Shown one piece after another: positions 17,490 to 26,018 of a stretch of 64,000 nt of DNA (positions are counted from its first letter, which is position 1; each line of letters starts with the position of its first letter). The notes beneath the pieces were generated by a model that was not told the origin of the DNA, did no database searches, and was given only the letters and a program-made list of their open reading frames with translations. This stretch comes from a virus, in IMG/VR virus record IMGVR_UViG_3300037336_000053, positions 32,001-96,000 of that record; one strand, given 5' to 3'. The translations under genes were made by a program, and so were the position numbers.

Positions 17490-19448
17490 CTACATCTTAA
17501 CGCAGTTGTCTACAGTCTTGCCGTCCTTTTGTTTAGTGCCCATACGCTTGTAGCCCTTCCAGCATACCTTGCCGTCAACACCTTTTTGTTTTTCTTCGTC
17601 TAGCGTAGTATAACTAGGATTTCCGCATTCGCTACATGTTACATTAGTTCTTTTTTTTAAAGTTTTGTAAACACGTTCTGCAAGTTTTGCTGTGTAGTTT
17701 GATTCAACTACATCTTTTGCTCTAGTTAGAACGTTTGCTGTTGAGTTTGATTCTGCAAACTTCATATCATAATCTAGTGCATGATATACACTACTGATAT
17801 AGTCTGCTGCTTTAGTAATCTTTGCCTGCTGCCATCCTTCGATGCCTTCTGCTTCAGATACTGTTTTAAGCATATCGTGTAATTTAATAGCGTACTTTGC
17901 TAGTTTATATAGATCAGCACGAGCCATTTGCACTTCGTGATCACGCTCTGCTGCACTTGCTAAATCGCCTAGGCCTTCTTTAACTGTTTTCTTTTTCTTG
18001 TCAGCAACTGCCTTCTTCTCGATCTTGTATGTGCGGGGATTGACACGATATTGACTCATGTCCTCACCTTCAGCATCACGCTGTCTTAATTCCTTGTGAG
18101 CTGCATCAAGGTTCTGTTCGTGTGCTTCTTTTGCACGGCGATTGCGAGCTGAGTCGCTTTGGTCACCCTCCGCCATACCTTGCCCACTAGACATTGCATA
18201 GTCTATGTCGTCGGGATGTAAATATCCGCTTTTTAAATCAGACATAATTTGCGCTTTTTCTTCTTCTCGGCGTTTTGTAAGCATGTGCCTTGCACCAAGC
18301 CAATCTAAATAATCTTCTACCATGTCATCAACTGGGTTATTTGTATTTCTGCCCCCCACCACACCTTGCTCGTCATTGCTTTGCCAAACTACATTATCGG
18401 TTGAGTCTTTGACTTCAATAGTGGCATACACATACTGCGGAAAGTCTTCTAACCAGTCTTCGCTCCAGAGTATGGCATCATCCTCACGACGGAATTTTTT
18501 AGTTTTGGTTCTTGATTTAGGACGCTCACCAGTGTTGACCACTGCGGTGAACGGACCGTTGAATCCACTACCAAACGAACCTTCCGCCACACCCTGTGAT
18601 TCCTCTAGTTCCCATACCACGCCACCGTTGTCATCTTTTATTTCCATCTGGAGGGTTGGATATTGGTCGTGTGTGTCAGCATAGTCTTCTGCCCAGGCCA
18701 CAGCATCATCTTCACGCTTAAACTTTTTGGTCTTGGTCTTGGTTGGTGGCTTCTCGCCGGTGTTGACATATAGAGTAAACACCCTGCCATATCCTGAACC
18801 AAACGAACCTTTCGCCACACCTGTCTTTGGCTCAAATACTGTAGGGTAATTAGTCTTGCGATTGAATACGCCCACTGTATCACCTTGACTATTTTTAGCA
18901 ATAATACTGTCTACTGCTCCGCTGCCTTCTTGACGATTTCTAAATTTGACATCGGCACCGTGATCTTTGCGAACTTGATTGGCCCATTGTCTGACTCCAC
19001 CACCAACGCCGCCCTCTGCCACTTTATCAGTATATGCGCCGCCTTTAAACTTACTAACACTTTTAGCATCGTGCTCTTTAGCTTGACGTCTGGCATCAGC
19101 ATCATCCTTAGCAGTAAACTTCATCTTTGAACCATCTGAATGTGTCATTTGATACTTGTGTTTCACACCTTTGTGTTCCGCCACACCATCTAAAGCACTG
19201 GTAATTTTGTTTATCTGCTCAGGAGTTGCTCTATTGCCCACAGTAGTAAACTGATCGTGGGTTGTTTCCCAATCCGAGCCTTCTTTGACTTCTTCGGAAT
19301 ACTTGTCGTATTTTTTTCTAATAGGATCAAGACTTTTACCTTCTTTACCAGCTTTAGCTAGTGCTTGCATGCCTTCTTTGCCATACTTCTCATGGCCCTT
19401 AGCAGCACGGCTCATAGTCTTATCAGCTTCTTTAACTTGTTTTATCAT
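17490..19448 (-). CDS. modular 652-aa protein, putative internal head polyprotein
   Basis: Charged modules separated by VKEG/VAEG/MAEG; tandem 76-aa duplication; terminal CWKGYKRMGTK...DNCVK module. Confidence 0.6.
   Translation of the reverse strand: MIKQVKEADKTMSRAAKGHEKYGKEGMQALAKAGKEGKSLDPIRKKYDKYSEEVKEGSDWETTHDQFTTVGNRATPEQINKITSALDGVAEHKGVKHKYQMTHSDGSKMKFTAKDDADARRQAKEHDAKSVSKFKGGAYTDKVAEGGVGGGVRQWANQVRKDHGADVKFRNRQEGSGAVDSIIAKNSQGDTVGVFNRKTNYPTVFEPKTGVAKGSFGSGYGRVFTLYVNTGEKPPTKTKTKKFKREDDAVAWAEDYADTHDQYPTLQMEIKDDNGGVVWELEESQGVAEGSFGSGFNGPFTAVVNTGERPKSRTKTKKFRREDDAILWSEDWLEDFPQYVYATIEVKDSTDNVVWQSNDEQGVVGGRNTNNPVDDMVEDYLDWLGARHMLTKRREEEKAQIMSDLKSGYLHPDDIDYAMSSGQGMAEGDQSDSARNRRAKEAHEQNLDAAHKELRQRDAEGEDMSQYRVNPRTYKIEKKAVADKKKKTVKEGLGDLASAAERDHEVQMARADLYKLAKYAIKLHDMLKTVSEAEGIEGWQQAKITKAADYISSVYHALDYDMKFAESNSTANVLTRAKDVVESNYTAKLAERVYKTLKKRTNVTCSECGNPSYTTLDEEKQKGVDGKVCWKGYKRMGTKQKDGKTVDNCVKM
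18370..18826. repeat. tandem duplication of a 228-nt (76-aa) module; boundaries approximate
   Basis: ccaaacgaacct(t/c)cgccacacc at 18571 and 18799; GSFGSG...VNTGE.P...KTKKF.REDDA..W.ED occurs twice. Confidence 0.85.
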
Positions 19449-19478
19449 TGTAATCTCCAGAATACTTATTATGTATAT

Positions 19479-19697
19479 TTATCGTTTGATGGTCGAGCCA
19501 CCCATTAAATTGTTTGATAGCTCAAGTGCATTTTTAGCAGTACCGTCTGCATTTTTCTTTTGTGGAGCTTCTGGAGTACCATTTTTACCAGTTTTAATCT
19601 TCTGACGTGCGGCAGGAGGGTTAGCAACTGTTGCTATAGCACCTGCACTTGTAGCGCCTGCTGTTGTTGTTTCATTTACGATATCTGATATTTTCAT
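19479..19697 (-). CDS. hypothetical protein with MKISDIVNE leader
   Basis: ORF track; TTAGATSAGAIATV motif. Confidence 0.7.
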   Translation of the reverse strand: MKISDIVNETTTAGATSAGAIATVANPPAARQKIKTGKNGTPEAPQKKNADGTAKNALELSNNLMGGSTIKR

Positions 19698-20410
19698 TTC
19701 TTTTTAGCCCTGCCAGCTTTCATATTAGCAAGCCAATGTGCCATCTTTTGCTTTTCGCCACTGCTGTTCTTAGCAGTCTTTCTTAAACTGCTAACACTTG
19801 CTTTAGTATTTACACCACTACGCTTGGCCAATCCCTTACGTCCTGGCTTCTTGCCATCTGCAAAGTTTTCATTGTGTGCCGCTTCTGCATAGTATTCGTT
19901 ATCAGGAGATGCATCATCAGTGCTGTCGGGCCACCAGTCTAATTCAAACTGTTCTCCAGCATCAAACATGTCGTGCATAGAGTTAATACGGTTTTCGTAT
20001 TCTAGTTTTGACGGCTCAACGTTGCCTTCTACTACATCAATAACATATTGTATTGTTACTGCATTGGCAGTCAATGTAGCACAGCGTCCGCCTACTTCAC
20101 CTTTGAGGTGATCTACTAAAATGCTTTCACTACTTCTTGCTAGATCATCTGTTAGATTATGAGGCACTTTCATGTCAACATATGAATAAACATAATCGTA
20201 ATGTGGCGATGGAGATGTGTGTAATATAAATTCATCTAATACCACAACTCTTTTAAATCCATCCTTGTTATACCAAACAGCTCTTTTAAAAGTTAACTCG
20301 TCTGGTGCTCCAAAGAACTTTGTAAGATGTTTTACATAGTCAACTGGTTCATCATTTTTCCATTGCGATAACGCAGTCGGCGATTCGGCTAAAATTTCAT
20401 GTATTTTCAT
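19694..20410 (-). CDS. two-module hypothetical protein (MKIHEILAE leader, basic C-terminal module)
   Basis: C-terminal NENFADGKKPGRKGLAKRSG...AHWLANMKAG module. Confidence 0.7.
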   Translation of the reverse strand: MKIHEILAESPTALSQWKNDEPVDYVKHLTKFFGAPDELTFKRAVWYNKDGFKRVVVLDEFILHTSPSPHYDYVYSYVDMKVPHNLTDDLARSSESILVDHLKGEVGGRCATLTANAVTIQYVIDVVEGNVEPSKLEYENRINSMHDMFDAGEQFELDWWPDSTDDASPDNEYYAEAAHNENFADGKKPGRKGLAKRSGVNTKASVSSLRKTAKNSSGEKQKMAHWLANMKAGRAKKK

Positions 20411-21576
20411 AAACTTGCTACAATTGTTTTATAATCGTCAAAGTTACTTTCACGATCTTCTAGGCCGCGCAAGCCCGGATTAATAGGCTTAGTAACATCT
20501 CTAACATTACTAAAGTCATCAACATTCGGTTGTACTCTAAGTTTCCAGTACCAAATAGCAATTTTTGCAGCAACAGACGGTTTTTCTGCTAGCTTAGGAT
20601 TATTCACTAGATCTATGCCAATTGCGTTTCCGGCAATACCGTAGTTATATCTGCCGGTGATTTGAATGTATCCGCGACCTTTGTACTTTGCGCCATCACC
20701 TGCTTTAGTATTACCTAATATTTTGGCTTTCCTAGGAGCATACTTAGGATCATACTTGCGGAAGTCTAAACTGCCACCATATTCTACCATGCTCTTAAAG
20801 TCGTGACTTTCATGAGCAACTTGCGATAAGAATGCAGCAAGTTCTGTACCTTTAATTCCAGCAGCGGTAGCAGTTTTAATTAAAAACTTTTCGTGTGCAT
20901 TGATCGTAATAGGTTCATCTTTTTTAACTTGAGGCTTTTTGGCCTGTGGGGTTTCTTCTTCAGCAGTATCCGGAACTTTTACCATTTGACCTAATTGCAG
21001 TTTGGTATTTTGATCAAACCCATTTAGCTTGTATAGTACTGCTGGAGTAGTATCATTTTGTCTAGCAATAGAATAAACAGTATCACCTTTCTCAACAGGT
21101 TGTTGGACAATGTTGCCAGCATTGGCGCCTAAGGTGGCAGCTCCTAGTGTAGCTCCTGCTACCCAATCTTTCCATCCTTCCTCTACATCAAATTCTTTGC
21201 CTTTAAGTTTAGTACCTGTATATTGTTGTACAATTTTCCAAACTTCTTTGTCTTTCTTTTGCTTAATCAGTTGTTTAACTTGTGTAACTAAATCACTAGG
21301 CGCAGTTGAGAAAAATTTCATCAACTCCATTATACCTATGTTACCTTCATAAGACGCTTCTAGTTGTCTTATACGACTTTCACTAAGTCCTAGATTAAAT
21401 AGCACATTAGTTGACTTGCCTTTTACCTTTTTGCTTAGTGTAGGCGGACGTCCGTCTTTGTCTACGGTGTTGCCAAACTTAGCTGCTTGAGTTTTGATTT
21501 CACCAGAGCCCACATCTACAGTAGTGTTAACACCTTTTACAATTCTGCCATCTTCAAATATTTCACGTAATCTCAT
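20407..21576 (-). CDS. LysM plus glycoside hydrolase family 19 (lysozyme/chitinase) protein, putative virion-associated
   Basis: LysM VEKGDTVYSIARQN...LNG...LQLGQMVKVP; GH19 AFLSQVAHES, YKGRGYIQITGRYNY, AIWYW, INPGLRGLEDR. Confidence 0.9.
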   Translation of the reverse strand: MRLREIFEDGRIVKGVNTTVDVGSGEIKTQAAKFGNTVDKDGRPPTLSKKVKGKSTNVLFNLGLSESRIRQLEASYEGNIGIMELMKFFSTAPSDLVTQVKQLIKQKKDKEVWKIVQQYTGTKLKGKEFDVEEGWKDWVAGATLGAATLGANAGNIVQQPVEKGDTVYSIARQNDTTPAVLYKLNGFDQNTKLQLGQMVKVPDTAEEETPQAKKPQVKKDEPITINAHEKFLIKTATAAGIKGTELAAFLSQVAHESHDFKSMVEYGGSLDFRKYDPKYAPRKAKILGNTKAGDGAKYKGRGYIQITGRYNYGIAGNAIGIDLVNNPKLAEKPSVAAKIAIWYWKLRVQPNVDDFSNVRDVTKPINPGLRGLEDRESNFDDYKTIVASL

Positions 21577-21782
21577 TTCTTGCGTCCTCTAAATTGCTCA
21601 CCTGTTAGGTAGGGTTTGGAGAACCAAAGTTGAAACCATTCTTTATCACCTGGGCGTATATTTTCTTTGCGTTGTATCTCAGCTTTTTCGGTTCCAGTAA
21701 TACTTATGTTACTGCCACCGTATGGAGTTAGCCCTTTGAACTCGTTGATGCCGGCAAGTTTTTTAAGGGTATCTAAATCCAT
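21573..21782 (-). CDS. hypothetical protein
   Basis: ORF track; coupled to neighbours. Confidence 0.7.
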   Translation of the reverse strand: MDLDTLKKLAGINEFKGLTPYGGSNISITGTEKAEIQRKENIRPGDKEWFQLWFSKPYLTGEQFRGRKK

Positions 21783-22375
21783 TACTTCTTGACCACACCT
21801 TCCGCTGGTACTGCATCTCTAATACCCATACCTTGTCTAACAGCAGCATACATTTCATCTGCAACTTCTTGTTGTGGCACACCTTGTTTAAATGATTCTA
21901 AATCACCTTCAGCAGCCGCAGCTCGCATCTTACTTGCACTCATGCCCTCGGCACCATCTGCATCTGGATCACGTTCGCCTGCACTTACTACTTTAATTGA
22001 TTTAAAATTATATTCTTTACCGTTGTAATCGTTTAATAGTTTTTCAAAACTTGCAACACGATCGCTACCTGCAACATAGATTAAATTATCATAACCTAGT
22101 GCGTCAATTTTTTGTAGTGCTTGTATAATAGTTTTAACTTCAGGATTACCAATTGTAACCTCTGGAAAGAAAAACTTTGCATAGCGTAGTTTATCCTCAA
22201 ATGCTAGTGGATCTGTTTTAGGCTTTTGACTTTGGCTTAAAAAAATATAAGGATCACCACCTTGTGATACAACCGCATCTACTAGTTTAGCATGCCCGAT
22301 AGTAGGTGGGTTCATACGACCAAATGCCATTACCGCAGTTGTTTCGGGTGCTTCAAATATTTCTCTTAATCTCAT
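21782..22375 (-). CDS. HxGH nucleotidyltransferase (cytidylyl/NMN-adenylyltransferase-like)
   Basis: FGRMNPPTIGHAKL, YVAGSDRV and MSASKMR. Confidence 0.85.
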   Translation of the reverse strand: MRLREIFEAPETTAVMAFGRMNPPTIGHAKLVDAVVSQGGDPYIFLSQSQKPKTDPLAFEDKLRYAKFFFPEVTIGNPEVKTIIQALQKIDALGYDNLIYVAGSDRVASFEKLLNDYNGKEYNFKSIKVVSAGERDPDADGAEGMSASKMRAAAAEGDLESFKQGVPQQEVADEMYAAVRQGMGIRDAVPAEGVVKK

Positions 22376-22716
22376 TTGTAGTCACCTTGTTTAATTTCGT
22401 CTATACCTTCACCAAATAGTTTGTCAAGTAGTGCATCTCTGTCTGCTTGACTAAACACATCCTCTGGTGAATGTCCTAGATCATATTCTGCACAGTAGCG
22501 ATTAATACCTTTTTCAACTACTGGACCTAAATGCTTTTTACGATCAATGTCTTTGCCTGCACGGTGTAGATCAGCAATACGACTCATTACAGGAAAAAGT
22601 TCTTTGCGATAAAACTGTGGATCATTACGCATCCAAACACTAGTGTCATCGACTAGATCATAACCTAGGTCTTTATCGTCTTTTTGATCTATCTCAGTCA
22701 CTTCAAATATTTTCAT
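22372..22716 (-). CDS. hypothetical protein with MKIFEVTE leader
   Basis: ORF track. Confidence 0.7.
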   Translation of the reverse strand: MKIFEVTEIDQKDDKDLGYDLVDDTSVWMRNDPQFYRKELFPVMSRIADLHRAGKDIDRKKHLGPVVEKGINRYCAEYDLGHSPEDVFSQADRDALLDKLFGEGIDEIKQGDYK

Positions 22717-22717
22717 G

Positions 22718-22900
22718 TTATTCTCCTACAACATCTGCTGTTGCAATAATCTCTTTAGTAAAGTTTTCAACGCCATACTTATTGATGGCATTTTTAATAC
22801 CTATACCCATATAGGAATCATTTACATTTTTAGTAGCGTGTCTACTAATGTAATATTTTCCATTTATATGGTTAGTTATTTTATAGATAGTGTAATGCAT
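22718..22900 (-). pseudogene. truncated GIY-YIG homing endonuclease remnant
   Basis: YTIYKITNHINGKYYISRH...YMG.GIKNAINKYGVENFTKEII then stop; G->S in YIG and the catalytic Glu region is missing. Confidence 0.75.
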
Positions 22901-23463
22901 TACCAAGCCCTACAACTCCAATATCTCGCAGATGTACGTGGCCCAGGATTATCGCAATTATGTCTAGCACGGAAACTTCTTCTACGTGCTGGGTTTGATT
23001 TCTTAATACGCATATTAGGATCACCAAAGTTAACTTTAACTATGTTGCCCTTAGGATTCTTTACGTATACTTTAAACTTCTTAACATCGCCTTGCATAGG
23101 TTTACCTAGCGAAACTTTACGGCCTTGATATTCTGCTTCGTCTAGCTCGTCATCTTCGTTAAACCACATGTCACCAAATTCTTCATAGAAGTCATTGCCA
23201 TCTAGAGTAATTTCTTCTACAACTTCTTCATCAACGGGAAATTCAATATCAAAGTCGTCACATCCACATTCAAACATATAGTTTGCTAGGTTGTGTGCAT
23301 ACTCGTCTGCTTCTTCGTTTGTTAATTGTCTTGGCAATGGAATTTGATATACACTTGCACCCTGTGCAGTTTCGTATAATTCGCTACCTGGGAAAATACT
23401 TTCATCTAAACTTTCGTTTAAACTATTATTTTTTTCCATTACTATATATACAAAATGTTTCAT
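22900..23463 (-). CDS. hypothetical protein with acidic N-half and strongly basic C-terminal module
   Basis: AEYQGRKVSLGKP...VNFGDPNMRIKKSNPARRRSFRARHNC...YWSCRAW. Confidence 0.75.
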   Translation of the reverse strand: MKHFVYIVMEKNNSLNESLDESIFPGSELYETAQGASVYQIPLPRQLTNEEADEYAHNLANYMFECGCDDFDIEFPVDEEVVEEITLDGNDFYEEFGDMWFNEDDELDEAEYQGRKVSLGKPMQGDVKKFKVYVKNPKGNIVKVNFGDPNMRIKKSNPARRRSFRARHNCDNPGPRTSARYWSCRAW

Positions 23464-23465
23464 AA

Positions 23466-24896
23466 TTAAATTCCTGTATTACCGTTAAGCGCATATATTG
23501 CGGCAGCAAGTCTATTTATTGCATCAGTTATATCTGCAGGATTAGGATCGGCCCAATGTGCATCTGTGCTTACTGCAAAATCTTGTGTATATGATGCTAA
23601 TCTATCTAGCGCAACATCTACTGTTGAAGGCGTACTGCCGTCCCATACTACTCCTGCGTTTGCAGGATATGGTATTGACGCATTGTGTGTAATCTCGCCT
23701 GTTCCAGCATCATAACCAAGTATGGTTGTACCAACTGCACTTCTAATTGGTTTAACTACAAAACTATCTTCTTGGGTATTGTTTAATATTGAACCTGTTG
23801 CGTTTATTATAATACTATTATCTGCTTGACTAGTCTGGCCTGCATAGAAGCCAATTGCTATTGCGCGAGCACCTTGCCCAGTTTGACCTGCATAGAAGCC
23901 AATTGCTATTGCGTGAGCATCTTGCCCAGTTTGACCTGCATTTGCACCTATGGCTACAGTTGCAGCACCTTGATCTGTTTTTCCTGCCAGATCACCAACT
24001 GCTACCGCTTGTCCGCCTTGATTAGAATTACCTGAGCTCCTACCAACGGCAATGCTATATATACCTTGTGATGTTTCGCCTGCGGCTGTACCGATGGCAA
24101 TTGCACCAGCATTCTGACCAGTTAAACCGGCTTGTGTGCCAATTGCAACGGCTTCAGCAAGTTGATCAGTCATACCTGCTTGGTAACCGATGGCTACACC
24201 GTTTGTCCCTTGACTAGTATTTCCTGAACTGATGCCAATTGCTATTGCACTTGCACCTTGAGTTGTTTGCCCTGCCGTGTAGCCAATTCCGATTGCCGCA
24301 ATGCCCTGGTTAGTATCGCCTGCACCAAATCCAAGTGCAATGCCATATGTACCTTGGTTAGTAAAACCTGCACTATTGCCTAATGCTATATTATTGTCGC
24401 TTGTTCTTAAACTTGCTGTTTCAATGTCGCCAACAATCTTACTATTAACACCGTCAACTAGTAATGTACTATCATCTCCAAACACACTACCTGTAACATC
24501 GCCATCAACGTTGCCAGCTAAGGTTCCGTTAAATATTTTGTTAGTTGCATCTACTATTTGTGTGCTGCTATCGTTTGAGAATACACTACCCACATGGTCG
24601 CCTTGCGTATTACCTACAAAAAGATTACCGCTGAGTGCAGACAAGTCTGGCTTGTTAGTTAAGTCGTCGTAGTCCCCGCTAAACTGTGTGTCGTCTAAGT
24701 ACGCAGACAAGTCTACACTATTACCGTCACTAATACTAAGCATGTCGCCTACTAGAGCAAGTGTTTGTGCGTCTGTGTTTAAATTTCTTGCGTATACTTC
24801 ATCAAAGTTGTCATTAACTTTGTCAAACGCAGAACGAATACTTTCACCGTCTCCAGTTAATTCACCTGTTCCTAAATTGATCGTTTGCTTTGTCAT
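23466..24896 (-). CDS. tail fibre/adhesin with gp9/gp10-like N-terminal anchor and YadA-like beta-roll repeats
   Basis: MTKQTINLG...DGESIRSAFDKVNDNFDEVY; about 12 repeats of xxAIAIGxxAGxTxQG. Confidence 0.75.
   Translation of the reverse strand: MTKQTINLGTGELTGDGESIRSAFDKVNDNFDEVYARNLNTDAQTLALVGDMLSISDGNSVDLSAYLDDTQFSGDYDDLTNKPDLSALSGNLFVGNTQGDHVGSVFSNDSSTQIVDATNKIFNGTLAGNVDGDVTGSVFGDDSTLLVDGVNSKIVGDIETASLRTSDNNIALGNSAGFTNQGTYGIALGFGAGDTNQGIAAIGIGYTAGQTTQGASAIAIGISSGNTSQGTNGVAIGYQAGMTDQLAEAVAIGTQAGLTGQNAGAIAIGTAAGETSQGIYSIAVGRSSGNSNQGGQAVAVGDLAGKTDQGAATVAIGANAGQTGQDAHAIAIGFYAGQTGQGARAIAIGFYAGQTSQADNSIIINATGSILNNTQEDSFVVKPIRSAVGTTILGYDAGTGEITHNASIPYPANAGVVWDGSTPSTVDVALDRLASYTQDFAVSTDAHWADPNPADITDAINRLAAAIYALNGNTGI
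23826..24395 (-). repeat. 16-aa (48-nt) tandem repeat array
   Basis: cctgcatagaagccaattgctattgcg at 23839 and 23887 (offset 48). Confidence 0.85.
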
Positions 24897-24907
24897 CTAT
24901 TACGCCC

Positions 24908-25312
24908 TTAATGGTTTAATCTTATACTGTTAACTGTGCCGTCGGTCCAATTACTAACATATGCTCTTACCCAAACATAGTTTCCAGTAAAATTATAGTT
25001 TTTAGTATTAGTTGTAACACTAGTATATTCTATAGATGTAATACTTTGAGTTGCAACTAAACCAGTAGTGTCAACACTTTGTCTACCGGAGTCTAAAACT
25101 AAAGTAAACCAGTCAGCTTCTACTGGGTTAGTTGCAAGTGTTCCTTGCATAGCCACTTTCCCAATAAACCCTGCTAGGTCTACTTGTACTGTATGGAAAC
25201 CATCACTACGTCCGTAGTAACCGTCGCCTTTGAATTTCTCCCCAGTGATGACAGTATTTGCACTGTCTCCTGGGTGCGTATTTGCTGATAAGATTGTTTC
25301 ACTGTTTGCCAT
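24908..25312 (-). CDS. hypothetical virion-associated protein (start revised to MANSETIL)
   Basis: TAAATA-N5-ATG at 25323-25312; beta-rich sequence. Confidence 0.65.
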   Translation of the reverse strand: MANSETILSANTHPGDSANTVITGEKFKGDGYYGRSDGFHTVQVDLAGFIGKVAMQGTLATNPVEADWFTLVLDSGRQSVDTTGLVATQSITSIEYTSVTTNTKNYNFTGNYVWVRAYVSNWTDGTVNSIRLNH

Positions 25313-25316
25313 ATAA

Positions 25317-26018
25317 CTATTTATCAATATTTGTATTGTATACTAATTTGTCTATTCGCGACAGTTTACCAACAAATAAATTTAATAGTTGTATTATCTT
25401 ATCATCTCTAGCATAAAAATACATACCTCGAACGTAACCTCCGCGTTCGATAGTTTCTAAACACGTATTACCTGCTTTAACTTTGTCAGAATTATTTCTA
25501 ATCCAGTTGGCTAAATTTTTATCACAAGAATACCCCAATGTAACTTTATATAGATAGTCGGCAGGGCGATTAACTAAAATAATATTTTTATCCAGTATAG
25601 ATACGTTACCAGCTTTGGGTTCCCATAGTTCTTTAGAAGATTTAATCTTTAAAGCTAGCATCGCTAACCAATCGTAATTATGTGAGTATATTTGCATATA
25701 TGGATTAGATATACGAAGTTTAAAATCACGTTGTTTACAAAACTCTATGTAAATATTTTTAGCTTCAAAGAATGTATCAAGGTCAACTGGATACTTATAT
25801 CCATACGAGCCCCTAACAAGGGGCTCGTTTGAATCGTATTTTTGTTGTAATACATCTAGTTCTTCTTTCGCATTTGAAAGATTTTTATCTCTAAACAAAT
25901 ACGAAAGTCCGTTTACTACAACTAGTTTATATAGATACTCGTCATAAAACAGTTTAGTAGTTTCACACTTGATCAACAGTTTCATTAACTTCCACCTTGA
26001 GTACAATAGCATTGTCAA
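25317..26018 (-). CDS. hypothetical protein (start probably MKLLIKCE)
   Basis: ORF track. Confidence 0.7.
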   Translation of the reverse strand: MTMLLYSRWKLMKLLIKCETTKLFYDEYLYKLVVVNGLSYLFRDKNLSNAKEELDVLQQKYDSNEPLVRGSYGYKYPVDLDTFFEAKNIYIEFCKQRDFKLRISNPYMQIYSHNYDWLAMLALKIKSSKELWEPKAGNVSILDKNIILVNRPADYLYKVTLGYSCDKNLANWIRNNSDKVKAGNTCLETIERGGYVRGMYFYARDDKIIQLLNLFVGKLSRIDKLVYNTNIDK

